Below are positions 25,301-38,200 of a stretch of 64,000 nt of DNA, one piece after another. Source of the DNA: Mizuhopecten yessoensis (lineage: Eukaryota); assembly GCF_002113885.1 (NCBI RefSeq), contig NW_018408866.1, positions 799,700 to 863,699 on the forward strand, given 5' to 3'. A program made the translations under genes and the position numbers. A model generated the notes under the pieces. It was given only the letters and a program-made list of their open reading frames with translations, made no database searches and had not been told where the DNA came from. How positions within the stretch are numbered: the first letter of the stretch is position 1; each line of letters begins with the position of its first letter.

Positions 25301-27173
25301 GGACCGCACCGGTCATATTGCTCCTCTTCAACGCCGGTCCCCTGAACATTACCTGGGCTGAGCAGAGCAGTCGTGTTGGTGCCATACTGGAATGTTTTTT
25401 CCCCGCTCAGGCAGCAGGAGAGGCCATCTTTCGAGTCCTTACCAACAATGGCGAAAACAGCAACCCAGCAGGCAGACTACCATTTACATGGCCACTTAAT
25501 GCTAATGAGGTATCATCTTTTAAATTTTATTTGTCTTCTGCTGAATTATTATAAAGATGAAGACTAAATATCCAAATGTATAACGTAGTTGCAAGTTGAA
25601 TAGAATGCAAATTCATTTAACCACATATTAAAAAACAAAATTTCGAATGTAACAAGTTATTGTGGACCAATTCTAGACGTGTATTTATAGGTTCCTTCTA
25701 TAACTAACTATACGATGGATGGAAGAACTTACAGGTATTACAAGGGCGACCCTCTTTATCCTTTTGGATTTGGTTTGTCCTACGCCGAATTCCATTATTA
25801 TGACGCATGGCTGTCGCCTCTGATTCAAGCAGGCAAACCGGTTGGTGTGAGAGTCGAGGTTGGGAACAACGGACCGCATGATGGAGATGAGGTGAAATTT
25901 ACACAATACATGTGCACTGAAAATTATGCATTCATAATTTCTGTAGGTTTTCTAAATAGACAATGCCTTACACTGTTGACTGTGAACAATTTTGATAATT
26001 TCGTTAAAGGTGACTTGATTGATAACCCCGCAAAAATAAATGAGAGACATATCCAGTGTTAATCCAGTTCCATCCCGTCCCGATTCAGTGACATCATTCT
26101 AGTTATTGAATATTCAAAAGTCAAGTATGTGAATACCCCAAACGAGGGTTCCAAGGTCAAGGCCAATGTCACGTATTATGTAAAAATGTGTCAACAAATT
26201 CAGTAACATCACTCTACCAACAACTTCACCAGAAAAATTGAGATTAAAATCAACATTTTCAACGTTAACATACGCCATTTTATATTGAGATTTACAGAAA
26301 TATAAATTCAAATTTATATGTGTGTAATGCTATCACCTATAACTGCGATAATAACTTTGCATCATATTGTTTCCTTACAGGTGATACAAATATATCTGGA
26401 GTGGATAACGACGAAAATGAAAATGCCCAAATTACAACTTGTTGCGTTCCAACGAGTCTTTATCAAAGCTAGAGACAAATTTAATTATACCCTCGAGATA
26501 AATCCACGTGATATGGCTGTATGGACAGGAAAAGAATTTATTATCGAAGCAGGTAAATAACCGATGTTGTGATATATTTCTTCTCGACGTTTTTCTTATG
26601 AAGTTGCAGCAAACACACCTACTTCATTCCTCAGTCAGTTCTTTGATCTTTGCTGATTTTTGTTATCATTTACGGCTGTTTATTTAGTTTGTTTGTACTT
26701 TATAACCATCCATGATATTCAATATATCCATACGAAATTTCAATATTTACATCGGTGCTGCAGTAGTTACCAGTTTTGTAAATCAAAGCCCCGAGATCAA
26801 GTAGCTATTACTACATATATATTCTTGGCTTGATTCTACAGTTATCTGTTGACCACACGGTATCAGACCAGGAATTACTTGATTATATGACGGTGAAGAC
26901 TTTCTGTCTTTCTTTTCATGCCCTTCGTAGTTCCTGTCCTGGTGCTTATATCAATATAGTGTTAGGTTGTTCGTAACATTGTAGCTACAGAGCTAGTAAT
27001 AAGCTTCATACACTAGAACGGGCGTTTTTATCTTGGTTAATGCTCTTGTATTTTGTTTTTCAGGAAAAATGAGGATATATATTGGTGGACAACAACCTAA
27101 CCAACAAAAACGCATATCATCAAATATACTTGTGAGGGAATTCGAAATTATTAATTCAAAACGTGTAGTTTAG
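20899..27173 (+). CDS. Secreted glycoside hydrolase family 3 beta-D-xylosidase-like protein, copy 2 (12 exons, 748 aa); tandem paralog
   Basis: join(20899..21236,21950..22109,22478..22648,22928..23019,23206..23432,23751..24001,24417..24639,25021..25113,25301..25509,25691..25891,26381..26552,27064..27173) = 2247 nt. Internal exon lengths (160,171,92,227,251,223,93,209,201,172) equal those of copy 1. Same GH3 motifs, with GCKHL, MCSFN, GYVVSD, EGEDNDR. Signal-peptide-like N-terminus. Confidence 0.93.
22311..22363. repeat. (GAT)n microsatellite in intron 2 of GH3 copy 2
   Basis: TGATGATGAT... about 17 units with two AAT variants. Confidence 0.95.
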
Positions 27174-27449
27174 TATTATGTTCATTAACTTTAAACGTCA
27201 TTGCATCACTTAAACATATACTAATAATTTACATACATGTAATAATTTCAACAAATACTAAGAAAAAACATGATTTAGAATCTTTTAATAATTGCTTTCT
27301 GTATGATTGGTTGATACAACCCAAGGATGTATTACAAAGTATATTAAACATTAACAGTGTTAAAAGTAGATAACTAAGCACACACGCAATTTTAAATTTC
27401 ACTAAACCATCCACCTTTGCACGAGACAATTTCCTTTATTGTTAAGAAC

Positions 27450-27455
27450 AATAAA
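27450..27455 (+). promoter_or_regulatory. Candidate polyadenylation signal of GH3 copy 2
   Basis: AATAAA about 280 nt after the stop codon. Confidence 0.4.
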
Positions 27456-29287
27456 TTACTACAATGATTTGACTTTACAAAGCGTACGTCATTTTTTATT
27501 TCGAACTTATGTCTGAAATATGTTCCTTATATACAGAAATATTAATGATAAAATATTGGCTTTTGTCGTACCTAAAAGTAGAACTCTTTTAGCAAGGGAT
27601 GATTGGTTACAGCGTTTGTTTACACGATCAAGGATGTTTTTAAAAAACTGGAGGTTTGTTTTTTTAAATTATGAAATGAAGTAATAAGAGACAAATATGA
27701 AGACCGATCATATCAGTGGTTTGGGTATTTCTGCTTGCAAGTTCAACAAAAACAAAGATTAAATTGTTAAGTTAAGTATTGGTTGAAGTGCATTTCATGT
27801 CCTGAATATATCTAGACGTTTGTCGTCTGGGAAATCACAGAAAATCATGACACAGCAACAACTGTATCTCATATGACGTCGCAAAGCATTGTGACGGTAA
27901 ATTTTGTGCAGTCCAAGTTCATACAAATATCCCGTATATTAAACCATGAAAACGCCTCCATCTTGTCGACATTCAGGTCACCAATTTCTTATTTACCCAA
28001 TGTCTCGAGAGTTATGTCAACTACAGTACTTTTTAGACATAACTTTGTAAGCTGTTTTCAATATTCGTCATTGCATTTATTGGACGTAATAGTCTAAAAC
28101 GACTGTGTTAACAGCCCCAAATAAGATATTCCTTGATGGACGGAGGCGACAATATTCGTATTGAATACTGCATACACTATACTACCCTATATTGATAATA
28201 TATAAAAAGTATGTATATAAAAAATAGAATATCTGATTGATAGAAACAACGGCAGAATAAACGTAAAAAGCACCTTATAAATTAATAAAATTGAGCAAAA
28301 CAAACGGTATTCACAAACAAGCAAACACGATACTACCCATCTAAATATCAATCAAAATACCGAGTATGGTTCACTTTGTGTGTGTGTTTTCATCCATTAC
28401 AAAATGAAGCAATAATACTGATTAAAAAGTTATCACAGACAAGATATCAAGTGGTAAAACACAGAAAAGATAGTAGTATCACATTTAAAAATACATCAAG
28501 CATTGTCATCAATAGAGAAAATGGTATTTACAAATATTTTATAGAAAAACCAATTGATTCCCAGAATACAGGTATTAAATAATGCATTTAATCTCCCATA
28601 TTTTCGCCTCATTGATGCCTAAATCTTACTCTAGCCAAGACAATATTTACAAGACTAGGGAAAATTAATTTCATAGAATTACATGGAAAATGGAGTATTT
28701 CCGTACAAAACAGAACATTTGATTACATTTATATCGTATGTCACCATCCGTGTTAATGCAGGTGTACAGATTTAAACTATTTGTGCATATCAAATAAAAA
28801 TACATAATGACCAATACTCAATACAAAGTATGGAAATTTAAGACCACAAGGTCCGAACATAGTAAGTATATGATGTAAATAGGTAATTGTGAAAATATAC
28901 AGATATATGACTTAATATAGTTTATTTACCCTCATAGAACATTGTATTTTCAAAAAAGTCAGTCATGAACATCTAAAAAATTCCTAAACAATTATTATAA
29001 ATAACTACAGACATGCATAGAAAATTGTACTGTTTCTTCGGCCCAACTATGTTTGCTTTTACTATAATACTGTAGGTAAGAAATTTTGAAAACAAAACTG
29101 TTTCCGTTGAAACATTCTCATACAACCAAACAGTTCAGTGTATGTTATTTCCGTACCTTTATCTTCAGAATTAATTCCTGGTGATCAATTTCTTCATAAA
29201 TATATATGCTTCAAAATGACGTCGACTTATTTAAAGAGATAGAATTGCCTGCTATTCAAGTTCGACACATGTCCTCGTTAGTTGGAT

Positions 29288-32200
29288 CTATTTTTTCTCC
29301 TCTTGTGGTAGTGTCATGTGAAGGGGAGTGGCTGGTTTCCATGAGTCCAGTCCCCTAACAGACGCTATATCGTCGTCTCTTTGGAGTCTTCTCTCATTGT
29401 GGCGATAATTATCCCTACAACAATGTAGATCAGTTATATTACTTGAGTAGGCAACATAATCGACTTCCTTCATAATACAATTAAATAATATACAACCGTT
29501 CGAATCAATTATCTAATTTCTTGTCATAAACCAGTACTGCATTGACAAATAATTCTTAGCGTTATTCAAAATATTGTATAACTGTTTCATATGTTTAAAC
29601 ATGCGTTGTTAAACTATTGCAAATTAATAGCAATTTCTGCAGCTATTACAAGGGCGTTTATGAATATATCAAAGAATATATGCAGATCCGTTGTAACATT
29701 CTTAAATATTTTTGACACTGTTTTTTCACTGCTCGTTTATTAATATGAGATACTAGTAAGAAGATGCAATTTATTTCATAATAATGCAAAAGGTGATATT
29801 ATCGAACCTTTCAACGGTGGCTTGTACATCAACAAGTCAAATGGTATAACTGTATACTTTAAGCGATGTATAGAGAACGATACATGCCTTTGTTCATATC
29901 ACATGGGAAAAGGGCGTGTTTTATTCTGTTTATTACATACTTACTAATAAAAGCTGCTATCTTATGATATATTTTTCTTTTGAAATATTGAAAAACAAAA
30001 AAAATCCAAAAGGGATGTGATGCGGGCTGATACGGGTTTTGGGGTGTGATACGGCGGGGGCTGATATGGTTTTTGAGGTGTGATACGGTCAGGGCTGATA
30101 TGGGTAAGGGCAATTGTGTCGTATCGCATATACAACAAAGCCGTATTTATTAGTAAGTATGTAATAAAATTGAATAATCAGCAATATTTGACAACATATG
30201 ATATCGCACTGTCATTGCAGGGGATACATATCAGCAATGTCTCTAATAACCACATATACACTTGTACATTTATTCTTCGCCGTGTGAACGGAAGGAAAGC
30301 AACCAGAAAGACTTTATTCATGAATGATTATCAAAATGTCCATCTTAACGCTAACAGAATGATACAAAGAAAGTAATAGCACAAAACCAATCATAACGTC
30401 AGAACAATCAAGATGGTGATTCGTTATTACAATGCTATGTTTGTTTTCCGCAAAAAAATAAAAAAATACTGTGACATTTTGTTGTAGTCATTTCTGAACA
30501 TAGGTAGGAGTCTGTACATTCCAATTTCCTTCTCAATGGAATCGATGTAAATGTGTAGAAATCGTAAAGAAAAAGACATCGCTTGACACACAAAAGATGG
30601 CAGAAAGCAAAGGAATTAATCAAAGCATAGAAAAATAATCAACACATTCTAAATGTATGATTGTAGTCATTCTAAAGTAGAGAAGAAAACATAAATGTTA
30701 AATTATGGTGCATATACTATTTAAGCTACACGTGACAGGTATTCACGTTTAAATGAATGGTATATATCCCACACCTTAACAAAACCTTCACCGTTAGCGG
30801 AACATCTTCACATTGTTGGCAGAGGTTAGACCTGAACGTTCATCTTTGCTAGAGACATTTATGTACCAGCTCGTATGTAAATTGTATCAGAATAATATGT
30901 TTCCTTGTCAAAATTATCATTATATATTTTGAAGAAACCTAACATGCTTTTGAATGCAAATGTTTGCCTTCCTTTAACTGTTCAAGATATTGTTATTTCT
31001 CCAACAAACAATTTTTCCGATATTCTAATCTATTGTCGTATTTCAACTATTGATCAAATAGAATTAGCAACAAATATACCGTTCATTTTAGAGAACAATG
31101 CATTTGCCGTAGAGTAATTTGGACAGCAGTTAAATTAAGTCTAACCAATCTTACTCCATAAGAAACGCATTAAGTACTTGATAAGTCATAAATAGAATTA
31201 CATTGTTAACAGATGAATAATGTTAATTATAATATTACGTATGAAAGATAGCACGAATTGGTCATGAAAGCTCAATTGATCATGAGAATAATAGAAATAT
31301 ATATATACTTATTTAAAACCAACATCTATGTAAAACACTCGAGCCAACAATGTATGACGCCCATACTACCTGGGTATGGCTGGCAGCCTTTGGAGTGGAA
31401 CAAACGTATCCGCAGTAGGACGTTTGAAGTTAGAACTGAAATTGAATTTTAGGACACCACATATGTTTAACTAGTATGTTAGCTTCAATAACACCACACT
31501 ATGGTTAAACACCTGTTAATTACCTGTGTAATGTATAGACATAACTATCAGAATCCATAAATTACTAGACACATATTAAAAAGATGGTGGTTGCTATACC
31601 GATCTACTACTATATTGACATCCCTGACATAGGGGTTGGTTGCTATACCTATCTACTACTATACTGACATCCATGACATAGGTGTTGGTTGCTATACCGA
31701 TCTACTATTATACTGACATCCCTGACAAATGTGTTGGTTGCTATCCCGATCTTCAACTATACTGACATCCCTGACATATGTGTTGGTTGCTATGCCGATC
31801 TACTACTATACTGACATCATCCCTGACAAATGTGTTGGTTGCTATACCGATCTACACCTATACTGACATCCCTGACATAGGTGTTGGTTGCTATACCGAT
31901 CTACTACTATACTGACATCCCTGACAAATGTGTTGGTTGCTATACCGATCTACAACTATACTGACATCCCTGACATAGGTGTTGGTTGCTATACCGATCT
32001 ACAATTATACTGACATCCCTGCCAAATGTGTTGGTTGCTATACTGATCTACTACTATACTGAGATCATCCCTGACATAGGGGTTGGTTGCTATACCTATC
32101 TACTACTATTCTGACATCATCCCTAACATAGGGGTTGGTTGCTATACCAATCTACTACTATACTGAGATCATCCCTGACATAGGCGTTGGTTGCTATACC

Positions 32201-35200
32201 TATCTTCTACTATACTGACATACCTGACATATGTGTTGGTTACTATACCGATCTACTATTATCCTGATATCCCTGACATAGGTGTTTGTTGCTATACCGA
32301 TCTTCTACTATACTGACAACATCCCTGACATATGTATTGGTTGCTATACCGCTGTACTACTATTATGACGTCATCCCTGACATAGGTGTTCGTTGCTATA
32401 CCGATCTCCTACTATACTGACATCGCTGACATAGGTGTTGCTTGCTATACCGATCTTCTACTATACTGCCATCATCCCTGACATAGGCGTTGGTTGCTAT
32501 ACCAATCTACTACTATACTGTCATCCCTGACAAATGCGTTGGTTGCTATACCAATCTACTACTATACTGTCATCCCTGACAAATGTGTTGGTTGCTATAG
32601 AGATATAACTCTACTCAGATCACTGACCTAGGAGTTGGTTGCTATACCGCTCTACTACTATACTGAGATCATCCCTGACATAGGAGTTGGTTGCTACACC
32701 GCTCTTCTACTATACTGCCATCATCCCTGACATAGGCGTTGGTTGCTATACCAATCTACTACTATACTGTCATCCCTGACAAATGCGTTGGTTGCTATAC
32801 CAATCTACTACTATACTGAGATCATCCCTGACATAGGCGTTGGTTGCTATACCAATCTACTACTATACTGACATCCGTGACATATGTGTTGGTTGCTATG
32901 CCGATCTACTACTATTCTGACATCCCTGCCAAATGTGTTGGTTGCTATACCGATCTACTACTAAACTGACTATGAAACCTATATGGCATTTTGTTTCATT
33001 TACATTACTAGACTTGCACCTACATATCAAATAGATCACTCCTCATAGGACTTCAGTATAAAATAAACACTTGTATTTAATAAAGTTTATATTACCTATC
33101 ACCATAATTTCGCCTTTCGTCAGTTGTTATACCCATAACGTTTGTAAAACATGTGTAGTTCACTTCATTATTACCCTGATCAACTATTTTGATGAAATTC
33201 ATTCATATCTTTCGAATAAAAACTTAATTGATGTTAAGAATTAAGGATTGGAGTTCTTCTAAGTTTCAAATATTATTGTCCTGACAAGTATTTTTAAACG
33301 ACATCTTTCTTTTAAATATCACTCAAAATGATATTGAAATTAACGCAAAATCACACTGCTAGTGTAAACGCCAATCTCACAATTCACTTTCAAATCCAAA
33401 GGAATTACCTTCATATCAGGTTAGTAAAATTCCAATTGATTTTATGTTTTAATTAATTCATTAAGTGCATCATAAAATTCACTAGTTCCATTGCAATGCG
33501 AGGTTACTGCAATGATATACAAGGTAAGTAGAATTGTATATATTACCTTATCATTCTGTAAAAAACAACAGATGAAGTACAGTGTCTACACTATTATACA
33601 ATGTGACATAAAACACCTGTTTCTATGTACTGTTACATCCGCCTGATCTCTTACCATGTCAACCAGTCTAAACCAAACACCACGCCTTTCATTCAGAATT
33701 AAGGGCATTTGGTTACACAAGTTAAATTCCGTAAAAATCTCAGAAGATTTAGTTTTGGTTGAATTTGGTACCAACACTTTGCCCCAAGTCAAGCGTGTTC
33801 GTTTTCCCATTTTAATTCCAAAATTACCAAATTTAAGTCATTTTTTGGTCATGCTTATGATGCATATAACATTTACATGTAAATAAGCCTGGTTGAAAAA
33901 TAGATGTTTGACTTTCAAATGATATCAAGCCAAAAAGTATTTAGGTAGGATGAATAAAATTCTGAGCTTAGATACAAATGATGCTTTGTCTTTAATTTCA
34001 AAACAATTTGAGGGGGTGAAATTCAAAAACAGTATCAAACACTTTCTAAAGCATTCGATGTTGTGTTTAGACAAGTTAACCATATGTACTGCATAATAAA
34101 AACAAAAGTAAATGTGGAATTTCTATTAACAAAAAATAATTTGAAACATTTTCTTGTAAAATTGGTCATGTTAAAACTTAATCTGATAGTACAACTTGTC
34201 ATGTTAAAACTTAATCTGATAGTACAACTTGTCATGTTTAAACTTAATCTGATAGTACAGCTTGGCAGGTTTAAACTTAATCAGAGAGTACAACTTCTCA
34301 TATTTAAACTTAATCTGATAGTACAACTTGTCATGTTTAAACTTAATCTGATAGTGCAACTTGTCATGTTTAAACTTAATCTGATATTACAACTTGTCAT
34401 ATTAAAACTTAATCCGATAGTAAAACTTGTCATGTTTAAACTTAATCTGATGGTACAACTTGTCATGTTTAAACTTAATCTGATAGTACTACTTGTCATG
34501 TTTAAACTTTATGATTTTATGTGTTATCATATATCATTCAAAGTTCAATTAACAGTTGATGCTTATAAAATGTATTGAATTCAACTATTTAACAAAACTC
34601 CACACAGTTACTTTCTACTGGTTATAAATCAAGCAGGCATTAAATGACTCCAGCTAAATATGCCTGCACTCTATAAACATCCACAGAATTAGTCTAAGAA
34701 AGTCTTCTTTTACAAACAACAGATTGAGATAGACAGAGCTAACATTGACTTCAAACATCTACACTGCTCGAGTCTAGGACCTACCAGACAAGTACTGCAT
34801 TTATCCGGCAATATGCCCAGCCGTATCTAGTCTAGTAAATAGACTAACATGTACTACTTTGTGTAATAAATCCATTTTCCTACTTTAAGTTAGATTTATG
34901 TGTTGGCCCCTAGGCTTATTTGAGGATAACTACAGAATACTTTTTCTACAAGATTTATATAAAGACACTTACCCAAACTCTGGTAAGGGGCGAGAGGACC
35001 CTGTTCTGTGGAATCCTGGCGAGTACTCTACTGCCTGGTAAGTTTTGTCCCCCTCTGATGCATAAGGTATTCCATTCCTCTTGTCTATAATTGTCTCTGT
35101 TAAAACGAAAAAAAAATGATCTATGAAATTTCTGAATGAATATGAAAGTGATAGACCGAATCACGTTAAACTATTAAGAATTAGTACATGGATACATATT

Positions 35201-38200
35201 TTTGTACAGAAAGTAAATATTTTTTTAAATCATCGTTGGTGAAATCATTATACATTACCTGATTCCTGTTTTTTCTCGTGTACAGAACATTTTTTTCAAA
35301 TATCAAATAAAATATTTCAAATAAACTTGCACTTTTCTTATTTTTCCTTCAAAACATCAGAACATGTAACAAACAAATTAAACTTGAAGTCAGTAAACGT
35401 TTGAAAATGTATTCAATTTGTTAATAATTTGTTTACCATTTCTTCCTCTTCCAAACAGCATTTTATGCGTGATTTCGTTTGATGAGACATTAGTAGCTTT
35501 ATGAACACCATCAAAGCTACACCTCAGACCAACTTTAGTCAATCCTGGATCCAGCAGCCACTCGTTACTGGAGCGCTTGTATGTAACTGCAAATTCATGA
35601 TTGAGATTCTTCATTTTATTTTATATCTATAAATGGAATCCATATTATTTTACAAATAATACTAAATATAATAGACATGGTTCCAATCACAACACAGCTC
35701 AGGCGTTACAAGTTAGTGGGGTTTTATTGGCAATTTTATTCGACAATAAAGCCCCACTAACTGGTGACGCCTGAGCCGTGTTGTGATTGGAGCCCCACCT
35801 ATCATATTTACATATTCGATACCAATCGCCCTGCATACCTTCCGGTATCCACTCTAGGAGCGAAGCGCCCCACTGATCAATCCATCTATACAACCACAAG
35901 ACATAGGCTCTACATTTTTTTGTTAAATAATACTAAAACCACATTCATATATCTGTATTAACATGCTAAAACATAATTTTACGATTAAACAGAAACAGAA
36001 GTATTACATTCTTAATCATATGTTAAGTATAAGTTATTTCAGCTTGAAGACAATAGTTTGTCTGTAAAAAAACAAAAATCACCAGATTTCTTTTCAAACT
36101 GATTTATCTTTTATCTTTAGAAGTGAGGGTGGCAAAAATTGGAAAGGTCAAAAATTGCAATGAATTGTTCAATATACCTGACATACATACATTGTACCTA
36201 TATCGTACAAAATAACAATATGATTAAAATCATCTGTTACATGGCTCCGTTAACTTCGTACTACGCCTGAACAGGCTAACAGAGCCATGTAACAGATGAT
36301 TTTAATCAGATTGACAAAATAACATATTATTATAACACATCTTTGTTATATTACATGGATATGGTCGCATGGCCTTCCAGTTATTGGGGAAAATTTCTGC
36401 AGCTGGGTATTCAGGGTGATCTGGATCAGGAATATATTTAAGTTTGGATTTCCAATCTGGTCCATTTCTGAAAGAAAAAAACAGTACATATAATGACTCA
36501 ATGAAAACAATTTACAGCAATTGATGCAATCGTCAGAAAGAATCAAGCCCCTATTTTCTTTAGCACAGTATAACCTTAAGAGCCACTATTTGTAACATAT
36601 TAAGGCATTTGTTACATTAAGGAGATAATCCCTACTGTGCAGAGCTGCAATATAATTTTTCTTTTATGCTGCTACCAGCAGTCTACTCAGGTGTTTCAAA
36701 ATTACAAAAACTTAAAGACACTTGGATATCAACTATTTAAGATAAGTATTATTTGTATAAGGCTGTGCAGATTGTTTTTCTAACACTTCCAATGTTTTTT
36801 CACAAACAAATCAACAGAGCGTTTGTCAACATTAAACAGTCACCAGACCCTCATGCTTCGCATATATCTTTAGCTTTATTTTAACAATGAGGAATACTAT
36901 TAAGCCATTTATGATAAAACTGATTAAGTAAAGCTTTATTGTTTATGTTACGTTAATTGACCGTTAAATGTCCCCACTAATACGGATATCATGGTCTAAA
37001 TAAAGTGAGGTGTACACTGAGGCCAGTGAAGCCGCCATCTGAAACTTAAGGTATGCACCCAACAAAGAGGGAAGTGTAAGATCACCTGTGGCACACTTAC
37101 ATATGATCCAATATTACACACTTAATATGTTTTGCATGGTTATCAAGTTCCCATAATTAGCAGACTTCATTGGTATTGTATGGTAATCTAATTCCCATAT
37201 AGCAGACTAAATTAGTATTGTATGGTAATCCAGTTCCCATATAGCAGACTTAATTAGTACTGTATGGCAATCAAGTTCCCATATAGCAGACTTAATTAGT
37301 ATGGATGGCAATCAAGTTCCCATATAGCAGACTTAATTAGTATTGTATGGCAATCAAGTTCCCATATAGCAAACCTAATTAGTATTGTATGGTAATGCAG
37401 TTCCCATATATAGAAGACTTTATTAGTATTGTATGGTAATCCAGTTTCCATATAGCAGACCTTATACGTATTGTATGGTAATCAAGTTCCCATATAGCAG
37501 ACCTAATTAGTGTTGTGTGGTAATCAAGTTCCCATATAGCAGACCTAATTAGTATTGTATGGTAATCAAGTTCCCATATAGCGGACCTAATTAGTGTTGT
37601 ATGGTAACCATGTTACACGTAAGTAGCATTGTTCCTTAATTTTAGATTCACTGTGGTATATAAAGTTCCCAAGTATCATACCTTAATGGTATTTTATCTA
37701 TAATTCAGATATCCTGTGGCACATTTAATTAGTTTTGTTTGGTATTCAAGTTCCCCATATCACACTTAAATGGTATTGTTCCTTAATTTAGATTCATGTT
37801 GCTCTCTTAATCAGCATTTTACCATAATCAATTGCAAGTTCCCTTGTACTTATGTTCAATGGAGTACCTGGTAGGTATTATTGAGTGGTGGTGATATTAA
37901 CAGCCCATGGTGTGTCAAAATATGCATTGTATCAAACTTACTCGGAATATTTGACTTGTATATTTTGAGGATGTGGTGCCCAACCATCATCAAATCCATA
38001 TCCATGAGGGATATATCTCCGTCCACTTGATCGGTATTTCGGTACACTTGCAGAGTTATCTATGTGAGGAAAATGCCGCCGTTCTCTCTCTGAAATTAAA
38101 GATATACAATAAAAAAAATAAGCAATATACAGTAAAAGAGCTATGATACTCTTTATCGATAATGGTCCAGTCTATTTTATTTTTTCTCTCTCGCAAATCC

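Noticed and set aside
6913-27173. Bacterial contamination or recent horizontal transfer of the GH3 genes
   Set aside because: Eleven canonical spliceosomal introns at shared positions, host SINE/HINE insertions, and contiguity with SPATS1.
20899-27173. Copy 2 as an uncollapsed haplotype of copy 1
   Set aside because: Introns are unalignable and most exons are saturated at synonymous sites, far beyond allelic divergence.
34063-34578. 171-aa ORF, and similar repetitive ORFs at 54052-54379, 55171-55428, 58340-58724, 60671-60898
   Set aside because: They are translations of stop-free minisatellite units with no splice or homology support.
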